DNA of 64,000 bases from positions 363 through 64,362 of the forward strand of contig JAFAWR010000300.1 of assembly GCA_019241635.1 (NCBI GenBank). Reading direction: 5' to 3'. Both the position numbers and the translations under genes were made by a program. Below the pieces are notes generated by a model that did no database searches, was not told where the DNA came from, and saw nothing but the letters and a program-made list of their open reading frames with translations. Shown piece after piece: positions 1 to 8,967 of this stretch. The DNA comes from Solirubrobacterales bacterium (GTDB lineage: Bacteria; Actinomycetota; Thermoleophilia; Solirubrobacterales; Solirubrobacteraceae). The first letter of the stretch is position 1, and the number at the start of each line of letters is the position of its first letter.

Positions 1-329
1 TGCTGTCCCGTGGTGTTGTCGGTCACCACCGCCTTGACGATCGTGAACGTGCTCGAGCTCGGCGGCAGCGTGATCGTGATCTGCTGTCCCGGGCTGAGCG
101 CGCCGGCGCCCGAGGTGCTGAAGTGGATGACGTAGTCCGTCCGCGCGCCACCAGCGGCCGAGGGCGTGAGCGGGTCGAGCGTCAAGCCGGTCACTGTCGA
201 GGCCTGCGCCACCCCGGCGAAGGCGGCGAGCAGCGCCAGTGTCAGCACCGCGATCCGCCGCAGGCGCTTCGACCCGCCGCTGTGCGCGAGCAGCGTTTGC
301 CCTATCAGCCCCGATCCAGCGTCCGCCAT
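1..329 (-). CDS. Secreted protein, N-terminal part (runs off the window)
   Basis: Manual translation from ATG at 329: MADAGSGLIGQTLLAHSGGSKRLRRIAVLTLALLAAFAGVAQA-STVTGLTLDP...; Sec signal peptide, GAAGGA RBS; not in the ORF track because it is truncated. Confidence 0.75.
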   Translation of the reverse strand, partial: MADAGSGLIGQTLLAHSGGSKRLRRIAVLTLALLAAFAGVAQASTVTGLTLDPLTPSAAGGARTDYVIHFSTSGAGALSPGQQITITLPPSSSTFTIVKAVVTDNTTGQ

Positions 330-490
330 CGTCCGGTCCTTCGGTCACTCCTGGGGTCATCGCCCCAACGTCGGCGTCGGGAGCCCCGGCTCCGTTGCCT
401 CAGAGCCTCCCAAGCTAACGTCTCACCCGGACGAAGTCAACAATTCCTCGGTATACCTGAGGGAAAGCTCATGGTTGCTCATGGGTGCTT

Positions 491-3103
491 TCAGGGGCCC
501 GGCGCGAGATAGCTCTGGCCGGCGTTCAGGATGATCGTCCTGTGGAGGACGAAGTCGGTGACCACCACCGAGTCCGTGATGTCGTGGACGAGCGTGCCGT
601 CGCAGCGGGCGGTCATCGTCCAGTTGGTGCCGCGGACGGTGGCGGCGCTGTAGCGGCCGCTCGTGGAGAACTTGCCGTGCGCGCTGGCGTGGAGAAGCTG
701 GATCACCCGGCTGCGCGCGGTCTGGGCGTCGGCGGCGCCTCGCGCGTTGCAGATGGCCTGGCTGGGCGCCCCTTTGAATGCGCTCAGGACCATCATGACC
801 GTGGTCATCCCGCGGTTGGGCCCGCTCGTGAGCTGATGGATCCGAACCACCGCGCCGCCGAATTTCCCGGTCTGGGTCTTGCCGCGCTTGCCCTTCGACG
901 CGGCGTCCCGCGCCGTGCCGCCAGTGCCCGTGGCCGTGATCAGCTGGAACGTCCCGTGGCGGCTGTCAATGGCCACGCCGGCCGGTAGCTGCCGCAGTTG
1001 GGTTAGCGGCACGAGGTGACCGTGGATCAGCACCTGCACCACGCCCGACACCGGCGCGAGGTTGAAGCTCTGGCCGAGCGCCGGCGCGGTCGGGACGGGG
1101 GCCGGCGAGGTCTTGAACGTGACGTCCTGTCCGAACGCGGTGCCTGCGCTGTTCGTGGCCACGAGGCGTAGGTGATAGAGCGCATCGGGCACCAGGCCGG
1201 ACACGGTGACCGGGCCGACGCTGTGATCGGTGAAGTCCGCCGCGATCGGCTGTGACGGCGTCCGCGCGGTGTAGCTCGGTCCCGACGCCCCGACCTGGCT
1301 GTAGCGCTTGTCGAGGCCGTACTCGAAGTACACCGTGGTCGCCAGCCCCTCCGGATTCACCGAGCCCTGGAACCCGGCGCCCGAGTCGGTCACGGCGGAT
1401 GGCGTCCCGGTGACCACTGGCCCGGGGGTGCCCGGCCCGCCGCTGAATGTGGCGCTCACCGCGTTGTCGGCGTTCATGATCACCTGACAGGGGCCGGTGC
1501 CCGTGCACGCGCCGCTCCACCCGGCGAACGTCGACCCCGATGTCGGCGTCGCTGTGAGCGTCACGGTGGTGTCGGTCGTGTAGGCGTTCGAGCACGTCGA
1601 CGGGCATGCGATGGCGCCCGTGCCGTCCGACACAGCGCCGCTGCCCGAACCGCTCACCGAAACGGTCATCGCATGAGTTCCGCGGGCGAACTCGGCTATC
1701 GAGTCGGTGCCGGTGACGTAGACGTTGTTGCCGTCCGGCGAGACGGCGATTCCCGCCCCACCCAGCCCGGTGCCGTTCTCGTTGCCGGGACACTCGTTGC
1801 CGTGTGCGCTGGCGTCCTGGATGCAGCTGTCCGGGCTGGAAAGCTCCGTCAGCGCGCCGCCCGCATTGCGGGCGAGCTCCGCGACGTCCGCGCAGCCGTT
1901 GCCCGAGCTGCAGAACGAGGTCGGCGCGGCCGCATAGACGTTCTGACCGTCCTGGCTGACCGCGAGCTCGAAGCCGCTTCCGATTCCGACGGCCGCGCTG
2001 CCGCAACCGAAACCCTGTTCCGAGATGCAGTCGTTCGGCGAGGCGAGCTGAGCCAGCGCTCCGCCGGCGCCTCGGGAGAACTCGGCGATCGGGCCGCTTT
2101 CGAATTGTGAGGCCGCGTAGACGTTGTCGCCGTCCGGGCTCACCACGAGCCCGACGGCACCACCCAGCCCGGCGGCCGCGGAGCCGCAGGTCTGGTTGGG
2201 TTCGGGCGTACCGATGCAGTTGTCCGGCGAGGCGAACTGGGTGAGCGCGCCGGCCGAGCTGCGGGCGAACTCGGCGATCGAGCCGTTCGAGCTCAGGTTC
2301 GGCGCGCCCGCCGTGTAGACGTTGTCGCCGAGGGGGCTGACCACCACGGTGGTCACGTCCGAGAGCCCGGTCCCCGTGTTAGAGCATTCGCTGCCGCTCG
2401 CGCTGGCATCCTCGATGCAGTCGGCGGCACCGTCCGGCTCGCTGAGCGAACCGTCCGCCGCCCTCACGAGTTCGGTCACGGCCTTACCGACCTGGTCGGC
2501 GACGTACACGTTCTGCCCGTAGACCGCGAGGTCGTTGGGGAACTCGAGCCCGTGACCACCGACGTCGTTGCATCCCGGCGTGCTGTTCTCGGCGATGCAG
2601 TCGTGGCCGGAGATCTGGGTGAGCGTGCCGTCGGCGCCCCGGGTGAACTCCGCGACGTCGCCGTTGCTGCTGCTTCCCGCGGCCACATAGACGTTCTGGT
2701 TATCCGGGCTGACCGCGATGGCCCGTGGGTCGACGAGTCCAGTCGCTGTCGCGTTCTGCGAGCAGGTGCCGGCGCCGTTCGTGTGGTCCGCGACGCATCC
2801 GATCTCGGTCAGCGAGCCATCCGCATTGCGCCTGAATTCGGTGATGGCCGAGTCGTTGAAGCCGATCGAGTAGACGTTGTCGCCGTCTGGGCTCACGGCG
2901 ACGTTCTCGGTACCGGTCAGTCCTGAAGCCTTGGTCGAGCACTCGCTCGACGCGCTCCCGGTCGCCTCGACGCAGTTATTGGGGCTCGCCAGGGGCGTGA
3001 GCGAGCCAGGTGCCTGGGCCCGGGCGAGCTGCGGCGCCAGAAGCGCCGACATCATCGCCGCGACCGCGATCAGCGCACGAGAGACGGCGTGGAGCTTCGG
3101 GAT
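491..3103 (-). CDS. Secreted Cys-rich beta-propeller protein with InlB B-repeat-like, FN3-like and C-terminal FecR-like domains
   Basis: Repeated VAVSPDGxNVY blades with paired Cys; CPSTCS...TVTLTATP.SGSTFAGWSGAC repeat; C-terminus shared with the two neighbours. Start uncertain (ATC 3103 or ATG 3055). Confidence 0.8.
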   Translation of the reverse strand: MPKLHAVSRALIAVAAMMSALLAPQLARAQAPGSLTPLASPNNCVEATGSASSECSTKASGLTGTENVAVSPDGDNVYSIGFNDSAITEFRRNADGSLTEIGCVADHTNGAGTCSQNATATGLVDPRAIAVSPDNQNVYVAAGSSSNGDVAEFTRGADGTLTQISGHDCIAENSTPGCNDVGGHGLEFPNDLAVYGQNVYVADQVGKAVTELVRAADGSLSEPDGAADCIEDASASGSECSNTGTGLSDVTTVVVSPLGDNVYTAGAPNLSSNGSIAEFARSSAGALTQFASPDNCIGTPEPNQTCGSAAAGLGGAVGLVVSPDGDNVYAASQFESGPIAEFSRGAGGALAQLASPNDCISEQGFGCGSAAVGIGSGFELAVSQDGQNVYAAAPTSFCSSGNGCADVAELARNAGGALTELSSPDSCIQDASAHGNECPGNENGTGLGGAGIAVSPDGNNVYVTGTDSIAEFARGTHAMTVSVSGSGSGAVSDGTGAIACPSTCSNAYTTDTTVTLTATPTSGSTFAGWSGACTGTGPCQVIMNADNAVSATFSGGPGTPGPVVTGTPSAVTDSGAGFQGSVNPEGLATTVYFEYGLDKRYSQVGASGPSYTARTPSQPIAADFTDHSVGPVTVSGLVPDALYHLRLVATNSAGTAFGQDVTFKTSPAPVPTAPALGQSFNLAPVSGVVQVLIHGHLVPLTQLRQLPAGVAIDSRHGTFQLITATGTGGTARDAASKGKRGKTQTGKFGGAVVRIHQLTSGPNRGMTTVMMVLSAFKGAPSQAICNARGAADAQTARSRVIQLLHASAHGKFSTSGRYSAATVRGTNWTMTARCDGTLVHDITDSVVVTDFVLHRTIILNAGQSYLAPGP

Positions 3104-3110
3104 CCGTACC

Positions 3111-5240
3111 TCACTTGTGCTTCGGGGCCTTGGCCAGGTAGCTCTGGCCGGCGTGCAGGACGATCGTCCTGTGGTGGACGAAGTCGGTGACCGCCACGGA
3201 GTCGGTGATGTCGTGGGTGAGGGTTCCGTCGCAGCGGTCGGCGACCGTCCACTTGGTTCCGCGGACGGTGGCGGCGCTATAGCGGCCGCGCGTGCTGAAC
3301 TTGCCGTGGGCGCTGGCGTGCAGGAGCTGGAGAGTCCGGCTCGAGGCAATCGTGGCCTCGGCCGCTTTGTGTGCGCTGCAGGTCCCGTAGCTCGGGTCGC
3401 CCGTGACCGCGCCGTCGACCAGGCTCAGCGTGACCAGCCCCTTGTCGGCGCCGTTCTTCGCCTGGCTGATCTTGAACACACCACCGCCGAACTGCCCGGT
3501 CTGGGTCTTGGGTTTCTTGGGCTTCTTGCCCTTGGCCGCCGCGTCGCGCGCCGGACCCGAGCCGCCGAGCGCCGTGGTCAGCTGGAGGGTTCCGTGGAGC
3601 GCGTCGATCAGCGTGTTCTTGGGGATCTGCCTGAGCTCGGTGAGCGGGACCAGTTGCCCGTTCACCTTGATCAGCACGACGCCGCTCACTGGGGCGATGT
3701 TAAACGTGTTGCCGACGGTTGGCGAGGAGGGATTCGGGCCCTTCTGCGTGGTGAAGGTCAGGTCGGGACCGAACGAGGTGCCCGCGTTGTTGCTGGCCAC
3801 CAGCCTGACGTGGTAGAGCGCGTTGGGCACGAGGCCGCTCACCGCCGCCGACACCGTGTGGCTGGTGAAGTCGCTGCCCACCGTCTGCGCCGGTGTCGCC
3901 TCGGTGTAGACGAGCGGCCCGCCGCCGGTGTACTTAGGGTCGAGCGCGTACTGGAACTGCGCGGTCGTGAGCAGGCCATCGGGGTTGACCGAGCCCGTGA
4001 AGCCCGCGCTGGTGACGGCGACCGACGGCGTGCCCGTCACCACGGGTGAGGGCGGCGCGGTGATCGTCGCGGTGTCGGCGACAGTCGAGCTCCCCTGGTT
4101 GGTACCGACCGCGGTGATCGTAACCGCCACCGGATAGGTACCGGTCGCACCGTAGGGGTGCGTGCCGGTGACCGTGAAGCTCCCGCTGCCCCCGCTGATC
4201 GTTCCGGGCGAGGTCGTGCCGTCGCCCCAGTCGATCGTGGCCGAGTACGCGCTGGCGGTGGCGCTGGTGTTGGGGTCGGTGATCGTGGCCACGGTTCCCG
4301 TGAAGCCGGTGCCCGCCGAACCGGTCAGCGAGAGTCCGCCCGCTGGGACGGTGTCGACGATCTCCGTCTCGAAGGAGAACGGGCCTTGAGACTGCCCGGG
4401 GGAGATACCGGCGAACGAATAGGCGATGCCGTCGGCGTTATTGACTGGGGAGCCGCGGCAATCGAGGCACGAGTCCGCGAGCGCGTTGTCGTTGAGATCG
4501 GACCAGATGGTGGGCGACGTGGTCTGCTCCCACGAGTCGCCTGAAGTGATGGGGGCGAACTCCTCCAGAGCCGACGGCGGAGAGCCGAGCTGATTCGGCG
4601 TGCATGCGGCCGCGTTTGTTTCGAACGCTCCGAGGCCGGTGTCCGAACCGCGAAGCTGGCAGTCGCCCGCGTGGTAGAGCCAGCCGCCGTTGTCATCGGG
4701 GACGGTCCCGGTGTTCGTGATCGTGACATCGGTGCGATAGGTGTCGGCGCCGACCACGTAACTGTCGATTTCCGTGAGCTCCAGAACGACGGGTGTGTTT
4801 CCGGTCGGCGCCGAGAGAGTTACCGTCGTGGTGAGGCGGTAAGGACTCGGGGCCGTGCCGGATCCCGTGAGGGACTGATTTCCCGGGGACGACGTGAATG
4901 GCGTCTCGGTTTGTGGGAAGGACGTGTGCGTACCGCCGGCATGGTTGGCGAAGTCGGGGCCCCACAAACCGCCGGAGACGTTGTCGCCGGTGAGGTCCAG
5001 GAACGTCCCGCAGTCGCCGGGGCCGGGCGCGTTCGGGAAGAACTCGGTGCTCGAGAAGCCGCCGCTGCGCACCTGGCAGCTCAGGTCGTTGCCGATGTAG
5101 ATGTCGCTGAGCGGTCCGGCGGAGTGGATGTCGAGAAACGGAGTGGAGGCCGACGCCGCCGGCGCGGCGAGCAGGGCGAGCGACAGGACCGCGGCGGTGA
5201 ACCCGGCGAGTTGCCGAGCGGGTCGCGCCAACGGTCCCAT
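3111..5240 (-). CDS. Secreted protein with PKD-like, FN3-like and C-terminal FecR-like domains
   Basis: Signal peptide MGPLARPARQLAGFTAAVLSLALLAAPAASA; ATIDWGDG..HPY..GTY PKD-type motif; shared C-terminus ending AGQSYLA. Confidence 0.85.
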   Translation of the reverse strand: MGPLARPARQLAGFTAAVLSLALLAAPAASASTPFLDIHSAGPLSDIYIGNDLSCQVRSGGFSSTEFFPNAPGPGDCGTFLDLTGDNVSGGLWGPDFANHAGGTHTSFPQTETPFTSSPGNQSLTGSGTAPSPYRLTTTVTLSAPTGNTPVVLELTEIDSYVVGADTYRTDVTITNTGTVPDDNGGWLYHAGDCQLRGSDTGLGAFETNAAACTPNQLGSPPSALEEFAPITSGDSWEQTTSPTIWSDLNDNALADSCLDCRGSPVNNADGIAYSFAGISPGQSQGPFSFETEIVDTVPAGGLSLTGSAGTGFTGTVATITDPNTSATASAYSATIDWGDGTTSPGTISGGSGSFTVTGTHPYGATGTYPVAVTITAVGTNQGSSTVADTATITAPPSPVVTGTPSVAVTSAGFTGSVNPDGLLTTAQFQYALDPKYTGGGPLVYTEATPAQTVGSDFTSHTVSAAVSGLVPNALYHVRLVASNNAGTSFGPDLTFTTQKGPNPSSPTVGNTFNIAPVSGVVLIKVNGQLVPLTELRQIPKNTLIDALHGTLQLTTALGGSGPARDAAAKGKKPKKPKTQTGQFGGGVFKISQAKNGADKGLVTLSLVDGAVTGDPSYGTCSAHKAAEATIASSRTLQLLHASAHGKFSTRGRYSAATVRGTKWTVADRCDGTLTHDITDSVAVTDFVHHRTIVLHAGQSYLAKAPKHK

Positions 5241-5265
5241 CTTGAATCGCGTCCTCGGTCGATCC

Positions 5266-7101
5266 CTAGGGTTTCTTGGCCAGGTAGCTCTGACCGGCAT
5301 GCAGGACGACCGTCGTGTGGTGGACGAAGTCGGTCACCGCGACGGAATCCGTGACGTCGTGGACCAGCGTTCCGTCGCAGCGGTCGGCGGTGGTCCACTT
5401 GGTGCCTCGGACGGTCGCCGCGGCGTACTTGCCCTTGGTGGCGAACTTGCCCTTGGCGCTGGCGTGGAGCAGCTGGAGGGTACGGCTCGAGGCCTGGGAT
5501 GCCGTGACGTCGGCCGCCTTGCCCCTGCACTTGGCGTAGGACGGGCCGCCCTTGACCGCGCCCTCGACCAGCGTGATCGTGGCCAGGCCGCTGTGGGCCT
5601 GGGTGATCTTGAAGATCGCGCCACTGAAGCGGCCGGTCTGAGTCTTGACCTTGCCCTTGTGCTTCTTGCCCTTGGCCGCGGCATCGGCGGCCGGGTGGCC
5701 GCCGGCGGCGGTGATGATCTGCAGCGTGCCGTGGATGGCGTTGATCAGCGTGTTCTTCGGGATCTGGCGGAGCTGGGTGAGCGGCACGAACTGACCGTGC
5801 AGCTTGACCAGCACCAGGCCACTCACCGGCATCACGTTGAACGTCTGGCCGACCGTCGGCGCCCCGGGCGCCGGGAGCTTGCCGGTGAAGAACGTGATGT
5901 CCGGGCCGAATGTCGTGCCGCTGCCGTTCTGCGCGACCAGCCGCGCGTGGTACAGCGCGTTGGGAACCAGCCCCGCCACTGTCGCGCTCAGCAGGTGGTC
6001 GTTGAAGTCGCCCGGCACCGACTGGGGCGAGGTCGAGTTGGTGTAGTTCGCCCCCGAGCCGCCGAACTTGCTGTATTTGAGGTCGAGCCCGTACTGGAAG
6101 TACGCCGTCGTCGCCTGTCCGTTCCCGTTGACGAAGGCCGAGAACGAGGCGCCGGTGCCCTTGACGGTTGGCGGCGTGAGCCCGGGTGTGTACGGGGACC
6201 CTCCGCCGACGCCGATCGATGAGCCGACCGGCGGCTCCTCGAGGCTGAAGTAGGTCGATTGACCCGGCTGAAGCGCCGGCGAGAAGTGCACCACGCCCGA
6301 GCTGGTGTCAGCGCTGACGTTCGAGAACCAACTGGTCGGGCCCTCGTAGCCGTTCTGGGGGAACCCGCTTCCGGGTGCACCGGGCTCCGTGTAGCCGGCC
6401 GGCTCGCCCGATGGCGCGGGGAACGAGCAGTTCGTTCCCTGGGACCCGCAGGCAGCGCCGGGCGCGCCGGCCTGTGCGACGCAGCCCGCCGGGAGCGGGG
6501 CCGATCCCGGGTCGCAGATGCCATCCGCCTCAAAGCCGAACAACTGCGAGTTGGGGACCGCGAGCGGCAACTCGGAGACGGGCGAGGAGGAGTTGTTCTG
6601 CACGCCGATCAGCGAGTCATCGGAACCCTCGTACGGGCCCTGGTTCTGGTCCTGCAGAACGGTCTCGGTGCTGTTGTTGACCGTGATCAGAAACTGGCAG
6701 CCGGTGTTCTCGTCAACGGCGGGGCACTGCGTGAACATCGGGGGCGCTTGGCTCACGTTTGCCGTGAAGGAGTCATCGGTGCCGCTGCCGCAGTTGCCAC
6801 CAGTCAAAGTGATCGTGCCGAAGTCTGTGCCCTTGGCGGCGTAGGTGTGGCTACCCCTGACCGACCCACGGCTGATCGTTCCGGCGGACGTCGGAGTGCT
6901 GTCGCCCCAGTCGATCGTTGCAGCTGACGCACCGGTGCAGGACGGCGATGCGTCTACGACGCCCGAGAACGGCACGGTCGCCTGTGCGTTGATCGTGTCG
7001 TTATTCGCCAGCGCCACCGGCGCCGCGACCAGCGACACTGCCGCGAAGACGCCGACCAATCCCGCCATGCGGCGTACCAAGCAACGACCCGTCCCGCTCA
7101 T
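5266..7101 (-). CDS. Secreted protein with PKD-like, FN3-like and C-terminal FecR-like domains
   Basis: Signal peptide ending VALA; ATIDWGD..HTY motif; shared C-terminus with AATVRGTKW..RCDGTL..AGQSYLA. Confidence 0.85.
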   Translation of the reverse strand: MSGTGRCLVRRMAGLVGVFAAVSLVAAPVALANNDTINAQATVPFSGVVDASPSCTGASAATIDWGDSTPTSAGTISRGSVRGSHTYAAKGTDFGTITLTGGNCGSGTDDSFTANVSQAPPMFTQCPAVDENTGCQFLITVNNSTETVLQDQNQGPYEGSDDSLIGVQNNSSSPVSELPLAVPNSQLFGFEADGICDPGSAPLPAGCVAQAGAPGAACGSQGTNCSFPAPSGEPAGYTEPGAPGSGFPQNGYEGPTSWFSNVSADTSSGVVHFSPALQPGQSTYFSLEEPPVGSSIGVGGGSPYTPGLTPPTVKGTGASFSAFVNGNGQATTAYFQYGLDLKYSKFGGSGANYTNSTSPQSVPGDFNDHLLSATVAGLVPNALYHARLVAQNGSGTTFGPDITFFTGKLPAPGAPTVGQTFNVMPVSGLVLVKLHGQFVPLTQLRQIPKNTLINAIHGTLQIITAAGGHPAADAAAKGKKHKGKVKTQTGRFSGAIFKITQAHSGLATITLVEGAVKGGPSYAKCRGKAADVTASQASSRTLQLLHASAKGKFATKGKYAAATVRGTKWTTADRCDGTLVHDVTDSVAVTDFVHHTTVVLHAGQSYLAKKP

Positions 7102-7267
7102 CTGTGCACCCCCGATAGGTGGCCCCGATTTCCCATGTCGCGCGCTCGCCGGCCCCGAGCGACGTTCGGACCCTACACCAGGAATGGTGGCCGATCAAGC
7201 AGGCAGGGGACGGGGCGGCGGGCTGGGCTCAATCATCGACGCCGGTCGTGTGGACCGGGCCGCGCGT

Positions 7268-7494
7268 TGGACCTCTTTCCGGTCGCGGAGAACTCGTCAC
7301 TCGGCACCTGCCGGACCGCGAGTGGCGGATCGGGCGCGCTATTCGCGACTGAACTGCCTTTCACGTTTTGAGAGGGGGCCGAATGGCGAAGAAGTCGCGG
7401 TCGCGGGCGCGTCGACAACCCCGACCCGGCACACCGACCGGGCAGGACAGCCACGATCGGTCACGGCCCGAACGTCCGGGCCGCGGATCAATCA
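7268..7494. repeat. Dispersed structured intergenic repeat family A, copy 1
   Basis: Colinear similarity to 62155-62400, including near-identical CAACCCCGACCCGGCACACxGACCGGGCAGGxCAGCCACGATCG; hairpin 7294-7328. Confidence 0.8.
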
Positions 7495-8835
7495 GCCGAG
7501 CCTGGTCATGCCCAGGCTCGTGAACGAGTTGGGCGTGACGTCGAGCGCCTTGACCGCGAGGTCGGCGAACAGGCCGGCCGGCTCGAGGTCGTCGTTGCGG
7601 TAGGCGCGCCCATCGCGACGATCGAGGATCGAGAGCGCGCCGATCGAGCGGCCGGCGCGCTGGAGCGGGACGACCAGCATGGTGTAGGGCACGTAGCCGG
7701 TGCCGGCGGCGATCCGGGCCGCGAAGCGCGGGTCGGTGCGGCAGTCCGGGACGGCCTCGGCGACGCCGCCGCCGACGACCTGGCCGGCGATGCCGGTGCC
7801 GGGCGGGAGCCGGACGCCGACGATCTCGCGAGCGCCGGCGCCCCATGCCGACTGGTAGACGAGCTCACCGGTGGTCTCGTCGGTCAGGCAGATCGAGGCG
7901 GCGGCGGCGCCGAACACGCCCGCTGCGGTGTGGACGACGGCTTCCATAAGACCGCGCGAGGCATCCGGGTCGTCGATCGAGACCGCGAGCGAGACCCCGG
8001 TCTCGGTCCGCAGCGGGGCACCCAGCGCCTTGGCGAAGGCGGCCACCGAGGCGACACGGCGCTCGGGGATCATCTCCAGACCGGCGGCGATGGTGCGCTC
8101 GAGCTCGGGCGGGACGTCGGGGGCGATCGTCGAGAGCTTGGTCGGGTCGGCATACACGGGCGGGCGGCCGGCGATCAGCGTCCACAGCGTGGCCGCGACG
8201 CTGAACACGTCGGTGCGGGCCGAGACGTTGCCGCCGGCGAACACCTCAGGGGCCATGAACCGGGGAGTGCCGATGCCCACGGTTCCCTGCTGCTCGGCCT
8301 CGTCGAGCAGGCGGGCGATGCCGAAGTCGACGAGGACGACGCCGGCCTCGCTCAGGATCAGGTTTTGCGGCTTGACGTCCCGGTGGACGATCTGCTGCTC
8401 GTGCACATAGGAGAGCGCCTCGCAGGTCTGGCGCACGTACTCGATCGCCTGATCGACCGGAAGGCCGGGGGTTCCCCGCTGCTTGAGCAGGACGCCGAGG
8501 TCGATGCCGCGGACCAGGTCCATGACCAGGTACTGGCCGCTCGACACCGCGAAGTGGTCGATGATCCGCACTACGCGGGGGTGCGCGAGAGCCGACAGCA
8601 GCCTGGCCTCGGCCTCGAATCGCTGGTCGTGGTGGGGGTTGGTGCACTGCTTGAGCGCGACCTCGGTGTCGTTCTCGATGTCGATCGCGCGGTAGACAGC
8701 GCCCATGGCGCCGGACGAGATCGGCTCGACAACGCGGTAGCGACCCCGCAGGGTCCTACCCAAAACCTGAGACGCCGTTCTTGGCTCGTTCACGCGGTCG
8801 AGCGTCGCTAAAACTCCAGCTTGGTCCTGCCCCAT
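7492..8835 (-). CDS. Ser/Thr protein kinase with C-terminal GAF domain
   Basis: GAMGAVY, VALK, HRDVKPQN, DFG and APE motifs; GAF (GIAGQV...D...DPRF...MLVVPL); no TM helix. Confidence 0.9.
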   Translation of the reverse strand: MGQDQAGVLATLDRVNEPRTASQVLGRTLRGRYRVVEPISSGAMGAVYRAIDIENDTEVALKQCTNPHHDQRFEAEARLLSALAHPRVVRIIDHFAVSSGQYLVMDLVRGIDLGVLLKQRGTPGLPVDQAIEYVRQTCEALSYVHEQQIVHRDVKPQNLILSEAGVVLVDFGIARLLDEAEQQGTVGIGTPRFMAPEVFAGGNVSARTDVFSVAATLWTLIAGRPPVYADPTKLSTIAPDVPPELERTIAAGLEMIPERRVASVAAFAKALGAPLRTETGVSLAVSIDDPDASRGLMEAVVHTAAGVFGAAAASICLTDETTGELVYQSAWGAGAREIVGVRLPPGTGIAGQVVGGGVAEAVPDCRTDPRFAARIAAGTGYVPYTMLVVPLQRAGRSIGALSILDRRDGRAYRNDDLEPAGLFADLAVKALDVTPNSFTSLGMTRLG

Positions 8836-8967
8836 CCGCTCTACCCCCTGGCAGCGTAGACAGCCCGCCCTCACAGTCTAGCCAGGCCCCCCAAATCTCG
8901 CAAGACTTGGACGCCCTGGCCAAGCGGGGGGTTCTGGCCCGTCCGGCCGGGCCTGCGGGGGGCCTGG

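Noticed and set aside
330-430. Riboswitch in the leader of the first gene
   Set aside because: Could not match c-di-GMP, c-di-AMP or other consensus by eye; an Rfam scan would settle it
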